Shown piece by piece: positions 51,331 to 63,867 of a stretch of 64,000 nucleotides of DNA; the first letter of the stretch is position 1, and every line of letters begins with the position of its first letter. Source of the stretch: Octopus vulgaris (taxonomy: Eukaryota). The DNA is taken from assembly GCA_951406725.2 (NCBI GenBank), contig OX597819.1, positions 76,322,001 through 76,386,000 of the forward strand, given 5' to 3'. A program made the position numbers and the translations under genes. A model generated the notes under the pieces. That model ran no database searches, was not told the origin of the DNA, and worked only from the letters and a program-made list of their open reading frames with translations.

Positions 51331-53793
51331 CTAAGCATTATAGTATTTGAAAGTATTAATAAGTTTATGTATACAGGATGGTTTGAACTCTGACCTTTTG
51401 TTAATAAGATTGTGTTTGTCTTTGAATTTCAAGATGTTCAGGAGTTCTACACAGCATAGTTGGCATCCTGCTCTATTATTTAAATAAGGTGCAGCTGATC
51501 CGATGATGGACCATCTGAGTTTGAAGCCTATGCATTTGTCTTTTAATTCCCAAATTCTTTTAGAGAGGGAGGTGCTGTTAGCCTTATGTCTATGTCTCAG
51601 CGAGGACCGGTGGTTGTAGTATCTGGATTTCCAGGAGGTTGAGCAACCAATATAGGTGAGTGTGTTAAACTGAGTACTCACCTCACATGAGTATATTACG
51701 TTTTTCGCCCTGCATGCGCCCTGCAGCGGGCACTCTGATGCACATCTGCAGTTGCATTGCATTGCATTATTCGGTCGTGTGCTGCTAATCCCAGGCGGAG
51801 GTGTTGCAATACGAGTGGGGGCGTTGGTATCCTCCTGGTTGTTGATGGGTGTAGTATTTCCTCTGTTGTGTTGGCGGGTGTTATTACTAACTGCTTGGGT
51901 AGTATGGCTGCCAGTCTGGTTATATTGCCTACTGTCTAGATGAGGGGGGTTCTGTTGGTCGCTATGGTTTGCTCTTGATCTAGCTGTTCTAATATTAATA
52001 TAGTTATGTTTAGCTAAGAGGCAGCTCATGTTGGGCAGGGTAGAGTAGGAAATCCTAATAGTTTTGTTGGAGAAGATACTTCTATATTTGTGGGTGGGTG
52101 GGAAGTTGTTGGAAATTATAGAGAATATTCTCTTACATAACTTACCCCTAACTGCTAAGTTGAAAGGTATGTTGAACCATATATATTTGCGTAATCTACT
52201 ATTATCCCTTCTATTTCTCCTAATAGGATCTATATTGCTCTCGTCGGGAGGGTTACTATTGTGTGCTGTTCTATTAGTTCGCCTATTTCCTATACGTTGT
52301 TTGGAGTTTGAATTAGACTTATCGGTAGTGTGAGTTGAGTGCTGAGTTCGATTATAATTGGGAGTCTTATGGTCGACGGACGCTCCCGGTTGGTCTACAT
52401 ATGATATTCTCTGGTTATACCCGGCACTATAGAGAGCTTGGTTGTAGTGTTGTGCATGATTATTGAAAATTTCTCTATTAGAGGATAGTTTTGTCAGTCT
52501 GTCTGAGATGGCTTGGACTGTGGTGCTAATTATACAGGGTGGATGGTTGGAAGAGGTATGGATGTATTTGGTAGTTTCTTCTGATTTCCTATACGGGTAG
52601 TGAAGGTGCTTATTCAAATCTAACGTAACATCTAAGAAGTTAACTATTTTAGTATTGGTCATAAATTCTAGTTTAAGATTGAAGGATTTGAAAAAAAGCC
52701 TGATCTTTTTCCTAATTCTTTCTAGTTTACTCCTATTGTTGGTGGGGTATATGAAGAGAGCGTCGTCTCTGTATAGACCCCCCTGAAGATCCGGTACCTC
52801 GGAGAAAAGCTTCTTGAGCAGGTAGGCCCCGACCAAGTCAGTCACCTGAGCTGAATCGCTCGAGCCCATAGCCACATCGAAATTGTCGGGGGTATCGGAT
52901 CTGGTCCAGAGTCTACCGTCGAATTCTATTATGGTTTTTCTAGCTAATAGAATTATGTCAATTTTTTCTCTGTCTATGAGTGAAAGGTTGCGGGCAAAAA
53001 TAAGGGATTTGTTAAGTAAGATGGGGGATATACTGGCGTAGTAGCTAGCTATGTCGAATTGGATGAATGAGTAGTCGGGCCTATTGGTGATAGTGTTAAA
53101 CCATTCTAGCACATCGCTGGTATTAATCCATAGTTGGAGTGGGATGTGGGGTTTGATGTGTGGGATCACCTTGTCCAGGATGGTCTTGCTAAGTCTGCCG
53201 ATATCCGATTTAGTCGGACAGATTAATCGTACTCCTACACTATCTGGGAAGTCTTTCTTATGGTCTTTAATAGTAATTTTGGGTACTTGCGGTTTAATAG
53301 GTTCTGTTCTGTCCAGGAGGTCTAATTTGCTCATAACTTCCTTGATTTTGTAATTAATTTCCTTAAGGTTATCCGTAGAAGTAGTTTTATACTTTTTGCT
53401 AAGTTCCCTCATGATGAGCGATTTGTAGGTTTGGTAGTCTAGCCTATACCAGTTCCCAGTCTTGTCGGCGGGTATGATAAGACTATCATCGTTCCTGAGT
53501 GAATGCAGGAAATCTTTAAGGCTCCTTAAGTGGGTGTTGGAAATGGTCTTATGTTTACTAATGTTGATGTTGGTAATGAGGTCGATTAAGTGTTTTTCAA
53601 AATTTTCCAGTGCGTAGTTAGAGGGTGGGTTTCTTCTGCTTTTAAATATCTTCCTGTGTGCTATTTCTTCTTGGTTAGAGTTGGGGTTGCTTTTCTCCGG
53701 GTTATCGAAATGGTAGGCCGCCCACCTAATTCTTCTAATAAAGTCTGTGGTCCGGTGGATGAGAGTCATATATGTGTGCCACCTCCATCTCAT
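51331..53793 (-). CDS. Penelope-like reverse transcriptase with C-terminal GIY-YIG endonuclease (820 aa)
   Basis: IPADKTGNWY; RT motifs QFDIASYYASI, AMGS, LYRDD, VNFLDVTL; thumb YIHTSSNHPP; CNCRCASECPLQGAC; VIY..YIG; RYYNH; CQLC..E; NKRSE. Confidence 0.95.
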   Translation of the reverse strand: MRWRWHTYMTLIHRTTDFIRRIRWAAYHFDNPEKSNPNSNQEEIAHRKIFKSRRNPPSNYALENFEKHLIDLITNINISKHKTISNTHLRSLKDFLHSLRNDDSLIIPADKTGNWYRLDYQTYKSLIMRELSKKYKTTSTDNLKEINYKIKEVMSKLDLLDRTEPIKPQVPKITIKDHKKDFPDSVGVRLICPTKSDIGRLSKTILDKVIPHIKPHIPLQLWINTSDVLEWFNTITNRPDYSFIQFDIASYYASISPILLNKSLIFARNLSLIDREKIDIILLARKTIIEFDGRLWTRSDTPDNFDVAMGSSDSAQVTDLVGAYLLKKLFSEVPDLQGGLYRDDALFIYPTNNRSKLERIRKKIRLFFKSFNLKLEFMTNTKIVNFLDVTLDLNKHLHYPYRKSEETTKYIHTSSNHPPCIISTTVQAISDRLTKLSSNREIFNNHAQHYNQALYSAGYNQRISYVDQPGASVDHKTPNYNRTQHSTHTTDKSNSNSKQRIGNRRTNRTAHNSNPPDESNIDPIRRNRRDNSRLRKYIWFNIPFNLAVRGKLCKRIFSIISNNFPPTHKYRSIFSNKTIRISYSTLPNMSCLLAKHNYINIRTARSRANHSDQQNPPHLDSRQYNQTGSHTTQAVSNNTRQHNRGNTTPINNQEDTNAPTRIATPPPGISSTRPNNAMQCNCRCASECPLQGACRAKNVIYSCEVSTQFNTLTYIGCSTSWKSRYYNHRSSLRHRHKANSTSLSKRIWELKDKCIGFKLRWSIIGSAAPYLNNRAGCQLCCVELLNILKFKDKHNLINKRSEFKPSCIHKLINTFKYYNA

Positions 53794-55361
53794 GTTAAAC
53801 TTTACAAAATTATATTTTTACCTTATTTTTTTATTTTATTTTATTTTATTTTATTTTTATTTTTATTTTTATTTTTATTTTTACTTTTATCCTACTTCCA
53901 TTTATTTTTATTTTTAATTTTATTTTTACTTTTATTCTACTTCCATTTACTCTCATTTTCATTTTCATCCCTTACCTTAACTCTTATAACCCTTATAATT
54001 CTTATATTTCATTTCTAACTATTACATTGTATTTCTTAGTTTATACTGTATTTTTTTATTTCTAATCTTTACCCTTACCCTCATTCTTACCCCTAATTTA
54101 TCGCTTTACACCTCTATATATGTTTATTTACTTACCTATGGATCCGCCTTTTGAGTATGCGAGCGTCCGCGTACGTGTGTATGCGCATGCATACATATGC
54201 ACGCGCGTATATGTACATGCATACTTCGATATCTTATGGCTATACCCATGTGCGTGTGTGTCTCTGTGTGTGTGTATGAGTGTATATGTGCACGCACATA
54301 CGGACACACAGCCGTGTGTGCGTGCGCGTATTAACATGAGTACGGGATTCTTTACATACGTTCTTATACACATCCTTTAATATCTTATACCTAGACCTAG
54401 GGGCGTGGGCATATACGTGTGTGTATGTAGTGAGGGGCGCGCGTATATACATGTGAGCGTGTACGCGCGTAATGTCCGTCTATATATGCGGATATTCTGT
54501 TGTATGTATGTGTGTGTGCGCGCGTGCGTGTGGGTGCGTGTGTGTTTATGTACGTGTTTACACGCGAGTGCGTATGTATGCTTATAGGCTTGGAGACGTG
54601 TATGTATACGTGTATGTGGGTGTATGTATCCATGATGATATGTATGTACTGGAAGTCCATTTAATTCAAGGAACCAGATTAAATTCTCATCAGCTCTGAT
54701 TTACGACGAAACTGTTAATTTACTGACAGTTCTACAACTAAGTTTTATCAATCTCCTGACCACCATGCTTGGTCCGCGACCTCTATACATCCCTTATCTT
54801 TACATTCTTTTACACTTTTATCATGTTTTTATCAGGTTCTTTTACTTCTTTTACTATTATTTCCATTTCTATTTTTACTTTACAACCTTATGCCTTTACA
54901 TTTATTTATATTTCTTTATATTTCTTTATACCCCCTTTACATCTCATTACAACTCTTTATATCTTTATCCTCTACATTTTTATATTATTCTATACGTACA
55001 TTTTTTATATATATTTTTTATCCCTCGTCCCGAACTCTCGCCCCTCCATCTTCACCTCTATATACGTATTTATTTATTTACATTACCTCAACATCCAAGT
55101 TTCCTCATTCTACATTGAGAGAAGAAAGAGATGGACGCTTCAATTCTATGCTGCTGCCGCATTATGTCGTACGTGAACGAGAGGATTTGCATCCCCAACC
55201 AAGAATTTTTGATGTAACACATGTCCTTGTGGAAGCTGTTGTGCGCGGCTGAAGAAGGCCACAGACATACATTATGCTTTGTTATAAATCTGTCTAATAA
55301 AGGCCCGAAACATATGTACCGCTGAATCCTTCGCCTCATGTTTTTATTTTTATTTTGATCA

Positions 55362-55364
<3 letters not shown>
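53768..55364 (+). repeat. 5' inverted pseudo-LTR arm (1597 bp)
   Basis: Reverse complement of 49568-51167; joins the ORF at an ATATAT microhomology. Confidence 0.95.
55245..55322 (+). ncRNA. Type I hammerhead ribozyme in the inverted pLTR
   Basis: gcgg CTGAAGA(55249-55255) aggcc..ggccc GAAA(55307-55310) catatg TA ccgc; cleavage predicted after A55318. Confidence 0.85.
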
Positions 55365-55435
<71 letters not shown>

Positions 55436-55866
55436 CATACATACAAATATACATAATATATATATCTCTGCATCTACATATATCTACCTATATATATATA
55501 TATATATATATATACACAAACGCATAATAGTAGACATATACACATATATATGTGCATGAAGCATGTATGCATGTCTCTTCCTCTTTCTCTCCTCCCCTCC
55601 GCTGTCTCTTTATACACAAGCACACACACACATATGTGTATGCGCAGGCAGACACATATGTAAATATATTGCTGTAAATATGTTAATATTCTTAAAGTAT
55701 CTGTATCTATGTAGGTTACTATGGACATATCCACTGGGGAAAAATACTAGCTTCACGCAAATACATTGGGGAAGAATCAAGTAACAAATCTATATGTATT
55801 CGAAAAGCAAGTTTCAAGTATTTTCGTGTGTATGTAAAATGTTTTTTCTCTCTGCTGTTGTTTGAA

Positions 55867-55929
<63 letters not shown>

Positions 55930-57004
55930 ACATGTACATATATATGATTTTGCAATTATTCATTTGCATCCATGGACATCATTATGTGCCGGAAACCGAG
56001 AAGCAGTGTGCTCTGATGATGTTTGTGAGCACATAAATATGTAGGTATATGTATATGCATTTTTGTATGCACCTGTATGTATTTATATATATACCTGAAC
56101 ATATGTACATACAATTGTTATAATGGTCGTTATGCAGGCAGACACGGAGATAAACTGCCTTGCATTTGCATAAACGCAAAACATGGGAACATGCACATAG
56201 GAAAGTGATAGTTCTAATCGCTAATCTACAACTCGGTTGCTTGATCCGCAACTATCAATTATTCACACCGATGTCATTACATTCGTAGAGAAATGCTTTA
56301 TATCTTTTTAATGCTGACTTAATCTAGGCGCTTTAGCAAGGAAATTTTTATGATTGCTTTTTAAGCCTTAGCGCCGACAGTCAGTCACGCCTTATCGCCA
56401 TTTATATGTACATCAATACTTCAACAAATGTATTAGCACGGTCTCCTTCGTGGACAGAGCAAATAGAATTTGGTTATTTTCTTGAGAATCCAAAACGTGA
56501 TAACAAATTATTTGTTTGGGGGCATGATTTTTCATTGCAGAGATTTGACCTAGTTTTGTCCTTGCCATTGTTATTGTTACTATTGTTGTTTAACCACAGG
56601 TAAGTCTGGAACAATCACATATTTTTCATAAACGTTTCAACAGTAATCATGCAGTCTTTTATTTTCACTTGTTGTTACTGTTGTTTTCGTCGACTTCAAT
56701 GTCACTGGTGTCATCGTTGTTTACTTTATTTTTGTGGATGTTTATGACTTTTATTTACTGCAATGTAGACTTGGCCATTGAATCTTAAATATATTCCCTG
56801 CAAGATACAGCCTCATCGTGGCTCTTTTTACTTTTATATTTTATTTTCATTAAAATTTGTTGTTGCTGATTTTAATTAGTTATTATAATGTTATAGAGTA
56901 TCACTATTATTAAAAGATTTCAGCCATGACTATTTCATTATCTTTGAAAAAATACTGCTTATAAGTCTACATTTTCCAAAGTAACCCCTCCTTTTTTTAA
57001 GCAC

Positions 57005-57510
57005 GTATGGTGAGAATCGCAAACTGTTAAATATATGAAGTCAAGGATTGGTCAGGCAAAGGCCGTTTTTGCGAAATGAATCGTGTATTCACAAGTAATC
57101 GTCTGAAAATAAACGCGACGAAAAAAAATAGAAAAAAACTATGGGTATGTATAGCGCCCGTCTTCATATATGGCTGTAGTTCTTGAAATATAAAGGAAAA
57201 TTATAAAAGTTTAGCAAGATATGGTTCCTCACACAAATATGAGAACAACTTATGCAGACAGGGTACCGAATGTCGAAGTCCTTAGACTTCTTAACAATAT
57301 AAAGAGGCAACAGACTAAGTTTAGTGGACGTTAGAAGGGCAAACTATGCATTGAATGCTCGCTGACAACTATAATACTGGAAAGGAGCGGTAGCTGAAGA
57401 ACTCATGAAGAGAAGAGGATCAATACCTTTACTAGCTGGCTACAGGAAAAGCAACCGACTAGCTGCAGGACAGGAAGGGGTAATGGTCCATGACTCCCGA
57501 CACCTACAGA
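57005..57510 (+). pseudogene. RTE-clade LINE relic
   Basis: KSRIGQAKAVF..MNRVFTSNRLKIN..IAPVFIYGCSS..DRVPNVEVLRL..KRQQTKFSG, with frameshifts. Confidence 0.7.
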
Positions 57511-58772
57511 TATAATATATATAAAAAAAGAAGGGTGAATTCTAAAATTAATTTTACAGCTATTTATTGCAAGAGGAGACAAGAAAGCTTGTATGTTCGA
57601 TTTTATTTAAATTGCAATCGTTAACGTTGTTATTGATAATATAATTTGTATCAATTGAATTTTCGTCTATAGCCTTTATCAACAACGCAAATTCTGTAAA
57701 AAAGAAAAAACGATATTTAACAGATAAATATTTTCATCAATCAACAGTGGCATATTCCAATCAAGAATATCCACTAAAATGAGAATCGCAGCTTGTTATT
57801 TATTGGATTGTCAGACAAAAGGTCGTTTGTTTGCATCATTTTCACAGCACTGAAGCTGTATCTGCAGGGAATATATTTAAGGTTCAATGGCTAAGTCTAC
57901 TTTGCAGTAAATAATTACAGTAAGAGTAATACCTCGATCATTTAAGTTGTAGCGATAGTTTACAATTCTGTTTCGTTCGTTCTCCTCTGAATCTAAACTA
58001 TGGCATAAATGTTAAACCTACGCTTTTACCAGAAATATAAAACAACCGAAATGCGCATAGTAAAAGAAGTAGTGGTTGTTTTGTAGTAACATTTTCTTTA
58101 TTGGTCACGCGTGTACGTAGTTTGAATACTAAACGCATCATACTAAAGGAATTACACCACACATCCACACATCCACACACACACGCAGGCACATGTTCAC
58201 GCACGCAGGCATATATATTAGGGTAAGTCAAAGCCTTAATGTGTAGTAAAGCAGGTTAAATATTAATTAAGGGCATCCATCCTCAGAAGAAAGGAAAACC
58301 ACCGGAAATATTACAAAAGGACTACACTACTCTAACAACTGACTTAATCATCTGCGAACGGAGGACTCCGAAATTACCCGTATTTTTCAACATTAAAATA
58401 AACTATGAAATCTATTCCTATCGCTTTCCTTGAGGTCAATCAGGCCAGAATGTAGACTACATTTTCTAGGAGACTTCCAAGATATTTCATGGCTTTAGTT
58501 TGGACTCATTTATCTTGTTCTTTCTATTCTTGAAGTCTCTGAAAGTTGACCTTCTTTTTTCTACTCTTTACTTCCTCTCCATTATCGGGAAGTAATGGCT
58601 TAGACCTCTTGCTGATAGACTCGGGACAAATCTGTGCTACAGGAGGAAGTACTACGCTTTCTTGGTGCCCGTCGGTGACGATATCATTTAGATTGTGGCG
58701 TCTCTAAAACCACTCTAAATATCCCTGAAGCCATGTATGGAATTGGTTCCGGGAAAATTCTGAAGCTTTATA

Positions 58773-59024
58773 TTTACTCTTTACTCTTTACTCTTTTACT
58801 TGTTTCAGTCAGTTGACTGCGGCCATGCTGGAGCACCGCCTTTAATCGATCAACTCGACCCCGAGACGTATTCTTTTGTAAGCCCAGTACTTATTCTATC
58901 GGTCTCTTTTTGCCGAACCGCTAAGTAACGGGGGACATCATAAACACACCAGCATCGGTTGTCACGCAATACTAGGAGGACAAACACAGACATACAAACA
59001 CACATACACACACACACACGTATA

Positions 59025-59070
<46 letters not shown>

Positions 59071-59246
59071 TATATACGACGGGCTTCTTTCAGTTTCTGT
59101 TTACCAAATCCACTCACAAGGCTTTGGTCGGCCCGAGGCTATAGAAGAAGACACTTGCCCAAGGTGCCACGCAGTGGGACTGAACTCGGAACCCGGAACC
59201 ATGTGGTTGGTAAACAAGCTACTTACCACACAGCCACTCCTGCGCC
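58773..59246 (-). mobile_element. Full-length tRNA-derived SINE with internal (TA)/(TG) microsatellite and LINE-like tail
   Basis: Head ggcgcaggagtggctgtgtggtaag..gagttcagtccc, caccttgggcaagtg; tail ggcggtgctccagcatggccgcagtcaactgactgaaac, then (gtaaaaga)n. Confidence 0.88.
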
Positions 59247-59409
59247 TATTTGTTAAAAACATTAAACAAAAAAATTCCAACAAGTAATATTATAAGAAAT
59301 AATTTTCCAAAAGGAATCATATAATACGTGAGCGACTATGACAGGGTTTCTGTCATTTACCAAAAAGGCGACGGAGTATACGGAGAAATTATAAACAAAG
59401 GCTTTTGGG

Positions 59410-59769
59410 ACAGGGTGCCAGTGGATTATATCGACCCCAGTACGCATCTGGTACTTAATTTATCGACTCCGAAAGACTGAAAGGCAAAGTCGACCTCGGC
59501 GGAATTTGTACTCAGAACGTAGCGACAGACAAAATACCTATTTTTTTACTGCCCGCGAGGGGCTACACACAGAGGGGACAAACATGGATAGACAAATGGA
59601 TTAAGTCGATTACATCGACCCCGGTGCGTAACAGGTACATGATTTATCGACACTGAAAAGATGAAAGGCAAAGTCGACCTCGGCGGAATTTGAACTCAGA
59701 ACGTAACGGCAGACGAAATACGGCTAAGTATTTCGCCCGGCGTTCTAACGTTTCTGCCAGCTCGCCGCC
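59410..59769 (-). mobile_element. Meta-like SINE with internally duplicated core
   Basis: Head ggcggcgagctggcag..gagttcaaattcc; gccgaggtcgactttgcctttca..gtcgataaat..gtacc block present twice (59425-59520, 59605-59703). Confidence 0.75.
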
Positions 59770-60519
59770 TTTACAAGATAGGATATTGCTGAATAAAACT
59801 ATCGCAGAACTTCACTTGTACTTTTAGCATTTTCGAAATCTAATTTTTCTCCTCAATATTTTCAATTATATAAGTAGTCAAAATATTTTTGATGATTTAT
59901 CTTTTTTACCACTGGTCAACCCAAGCAGATATACGTGAAACGGATACATCTGGTTAGTTCAGAGCAATTAATAAAACTAGAAGTATTAGCAGAAAGTAGA
60001 GAAATACCAACAGCATCATCCTTGACAATGATTAATTAATCATGGAAATGAACGATCAATGACTATTTGATTAGAAAATAAATATTCATCACTGACACCA
60101 ACACCATCAACAACACCATCAACAACACCGTCACGGACACAAACACCGCTGCCGCCGCTGCGAACACCACCGCCACTACCATCACGTCCTTCGACGTCGT
60201 TATCATCATAACCATCATCATTATCATCTCGACATCGTTGTTCTAATCGCTCGTATAGTGATAAATGAAATGTAAGGAAATAATCTGGATGAAAACCAAG
60301 AAAGGACCCAGTTTTAGACGGTCTAGGCAAGCTCTGATCAAGCAAACCTATAATAAAATGACAGCTTGGCGGTGGTTGTCCTATCCTGTTTTCTTGTATT
60401 TTTATATGGCGTATTTCGGATCACAGACAAAGTGCTCTTCCAGTCATAAACACTACCATCAACATCGTGGTACTTTTCAACATAGATTGTATGAGCACAG
60501 GTATGACTATGATAAGAAA

Positions 60520-60697
60520 TTCACTCTCCAACCATATAGTTTAGGGCTCAGTCCCACTGCGCGACACCTTGGGCAGTTTCTTCTACTTTAACTCCAGACC
60601 GAGCAAATAACCGTGAGAAGACATGGTAGACAAAAACCGAAAGAAACCCGTCGCGCGCGCGTGTTTGTCTGTTTGTTTGTTTGTTTGTTTGTGTGTG

Positions 60698-60732
<35 letters not shown>

Positions 60733-61030
60733 ATGTGTGTGTGTGTGTGTGGACGTGTGTGTGTGTGTGTGAACGTGTATGTTTGTTTTATTCTCCCACC
60801 ACCGTCTGATAACTGGTATTTGTTTGTTTATGTCACCTGCGGTAAAAAAAACCCGCTAGAATAAGTGTTAGGCTTCAAAATAAATACCGGGTTCAATATA
60901 TTTGACAAAACCCAAGGGACCATCAAACCATGACCACTGTGTTATTCGACAAAACCCATCAAAACCCGCAATGTATTCGACAAAACCCATCAAACCATGA
61001 CCGCAGTGTTCTGATTGAAACAAGTGGAAG
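60520..61030 (+). mobile_element. Degenerate copy of the microsatellite-containing SINE
   Basis: ctcagtcccactgcgcgacaccttgggcag, internal (GT)n, tail catgaccgcag..ttgaaacaag; local repeats of ttcgacaaaacccatcaaa. Confidence 0.65.
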
Positions 61031-61363
61031 TCAAAAAGTAGGTAAATGAAGATTTATTTTAAATTGTTTTTAAATTGATAAATGCATTCAAACACGCATG
61101 TACATATGTGTATATGTGTGTATATGTCCGTCTATGTGTTTATATGTGTGTATTTCTTTGTGTGTGTGTGTGTGTAAAATTATGTTGTTGCTGTTGTTGA
61201 TTAGCTCCCGGATAGTCTTGATCCTGCGTTCAAAAAATGTGCGACTTTGACCGAGACATTGCCATGTTGTCCTTTTTTTGACCACGTCCAGTTTAGGTCT
61301 TCTGTAAAACAGTATGGAATTACCACGGGTATGTTTGGTTGGTATTAAGATTTGTCCCTGTCC

Positions 61364-61397
<34 letters not shown>

Positions 61398-61421
61398 ATT
61401 GTGGTGGTGGCAGTGGTGGTG

Positions 61422-61456
<35 letters not shown>

Positions 61457-61482
61457 TTTGGAAGTGGTGGTGGTAGTAGTTC

Positions 61483-61538
<56 letters not shown>
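61364..61538. repeat. (GTA)n/(GTG)n trinucleotide repeat
   Basis: Direct reading. Confidence 0.95.
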
Positions 61539-61540
<2 letters not shown>

Positions 61541-62914
61541 TTTTTACCTTTTAACGTTAGTTCTTTCGATCCAGCAGATCCAGCTATGATTAAAAATATT
61601 CCAATCCTGAATATCTTCTTTAGTTCGAAGTGTATCTAATTTTATATACATAGTATTTAATATTTTCACTTCTTAACGCTGCAGAGAATATTTTTGTAGG
61701 AAATCGAACTAAGGGCTCCTCGTTTGCTTGAGGGAAAAGTTGCAGAAACATATTATTATATTTTCGTTTAATACTCGCTCATTCATGACTTAAATCAATT
61801 TTGATTTGTTAGTATATTTAAGATGACATTTCATTGTGTAGCTTTTCCTTCCTTTAACCCATTGATCGCGGAAAGCGAATATATCCACTCAAATGTTTTA
61901 TTACTGGTAACTACAGAACACAGTTTTACCTAACGTTTTTTGGAAGAAATAAAAACCCTCTCAAGAAGCGAAGACATCCCCAGTGACACTTTTTTATAAA
62001 CGGCAATTATCTTAACTGTTTTGTCCGCATGTTTCAGTAAATATCTAATTATGGAGCAAATACAGTTAGCGTTGGGTATGAAAACGATATCTACATGAGA
62101 TAGTGAAAAAAGTATTGCATAAGTAGAAAATATCAATTCTATTTCTTGGTGATAGTTATCATTTCGGAAATAACCATGGAATTTCATTACGCTGTCAAAG
62201 GAAATAGTGATGCGGAATAGTCTGCTAATTCTAGGATTTCAGACCACTTTGTAAAGGCTTTCTCATCGGTTTGTCTATTTAGAAAATTACTGTAGCCAAT
62301 GGACCCTGATATGGCGAATAGGGAAGTTCGCTTTGTTATCACGAAGTTACTGGTTCAATCCCACTGCGTGTTATTTTCGGTAAGCTTTAGGTGACCCCCG
62401 TCAGTGAAACTAGGTAGACAGCAATTGCATGTCAGTTCTATCGACCGTTCCATGCACCGTTCTTAGAAGTTAAAGGGGTGGCCTTGCCGCATTTTGTTTC
62501 TCTGATTCTCTCAGAGAATAGTATTAATGGTACACATGGATGAGGAAGACTCAGTCACTTATATGCTAAATCAAACAAAAGGTCGTCCTGTTGATCGAAC
62601 AAGTGGAACATGCATTGTCGAAAACCGAAGGAGACCCATTTCCATTTCACATAGATGATAGGCTTCGGCTTCATTAGATTATAGGTTTTACGTGGTTAGT
62701 TGGTTTGCTAGAAATAGGAACTCGTACCTCCCTCAAATTACATCCTTCCAACCGATACACAATGAAGGATGAAATGGAAATATGAAACAAGATAGGCGAT
62801 ATCTCGAACAAAATCTGGGAGCAGTAATGGCTCGACAGAAATTCGATTGATCTTGGACCTGATTGATTATGGTTTACCTCAACAAGTTTGGTACTTTATA
62901 TTTTACCTAATATT

Positions 62915-63290
62915 TTATCTTTTATTTGTTTCAGTCATTGGAATGTTACCATACTGGCGTACTGCGTTGAAGGACGTAGTGTAATGTATAGATGTCAGTA
63001 CTTCTTTTTCTAAAACCTGGAACTTATTGGTATCATATTCTTTTGCCGAACCTCTAGGCTACGAGCATGTAAACAAAACCAATACCAGTTGGCATGTGGT
63101 AGTGGTGCGGCAAACACAAGCACTAAGAGACATAGATACACACATAGAAACACATACACACACATACGCAAATATATATATTATAGGCTTTCAGTTTCCG
63201 TCTGTTTGGTCGGCCTAGGGCTATCGAAGAAGATATTTGCCCATTGTGCCGAAATCATGGGACTGGGAAGAAACTTCTTGTCACACAGTT
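62915..63290 (-). mobile_element. Degenerate copy of the microsatellite-containing SINE
   Basis: ttgtttcagtcattg..cttttgccgaacc..ggctttcagtttccgtc..gaagatatttgccca similar to 58773-59246. Confidence 0.65.
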
Positions 63291-63616
63291 TTAAAATTTG
63301 TTATTTTCATTTCTCTATAGACAATCTAAGAACTTTTAGATGAAATATTAAAAATACAAATGCCCCAAGACAGAAAACGTGATTCCAGATTCCGAATTTC
63401 TATTTCTATACACGTAACAATAAACCAGAATAATTACAAAGCAATAAATGAATATATAAAGCAAATGAAATAACATGGGAAAATGTGGAAGGGCCATTAA
63501 ATGGAACTGTCCATACTGTAGTATGTCTTTTCGCATCATCATTAAAGGGAAGAAAATTCGGCAAAGAAACTAATGTACATCGTTGACACGACAACAAAGA
63601 ATTCGTATGCAAATCG

Positions 63617-63653
<37 letters not shown>

Positions 63654-63821
63654 TGTCAATATTATTGTTATTATTATGCAGAAGGTGATGTTTCTAAATA
63701 GAAGGTATCATTAATATTCCGAGAAAGAAATCAGCCATCAATCACTTACACTTTAAAACATTTAATGAAAAAAAAAAGAGATAGACACATAAACACAAAC
63801 ACAATTACAGGCACATACACA

Positions 63822-63867
<46 letters not shown>

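Larger units (their letters stand above)
49497..55365 (-). mobile_element. Near-intact Penelope-like retroelement (Naiad-like) with inverted pseudo-LTRs, inserted in (TA)n
   Basis: RT + GIY-YIG ORF, 1.6-kb near-identical inverted repeats each with an HHR, 71-nt unique 3' extension (49497-49567), TA tracts on both flanks. Confidence 0.93.

Noticed and set aside
51168-51333. Selenoprotein/SECIS feature reported for some Naiad elements
   Set aside because: The ORF has no in-frame TGA and ends at TAG; I could not see a convincing SECIS downstream. A SECISearch run would settle it.
51752-53353. Plus-strand ORFs inside the PLE
   Set aside because: Antisense shadows of the RT ORF with no domain features.
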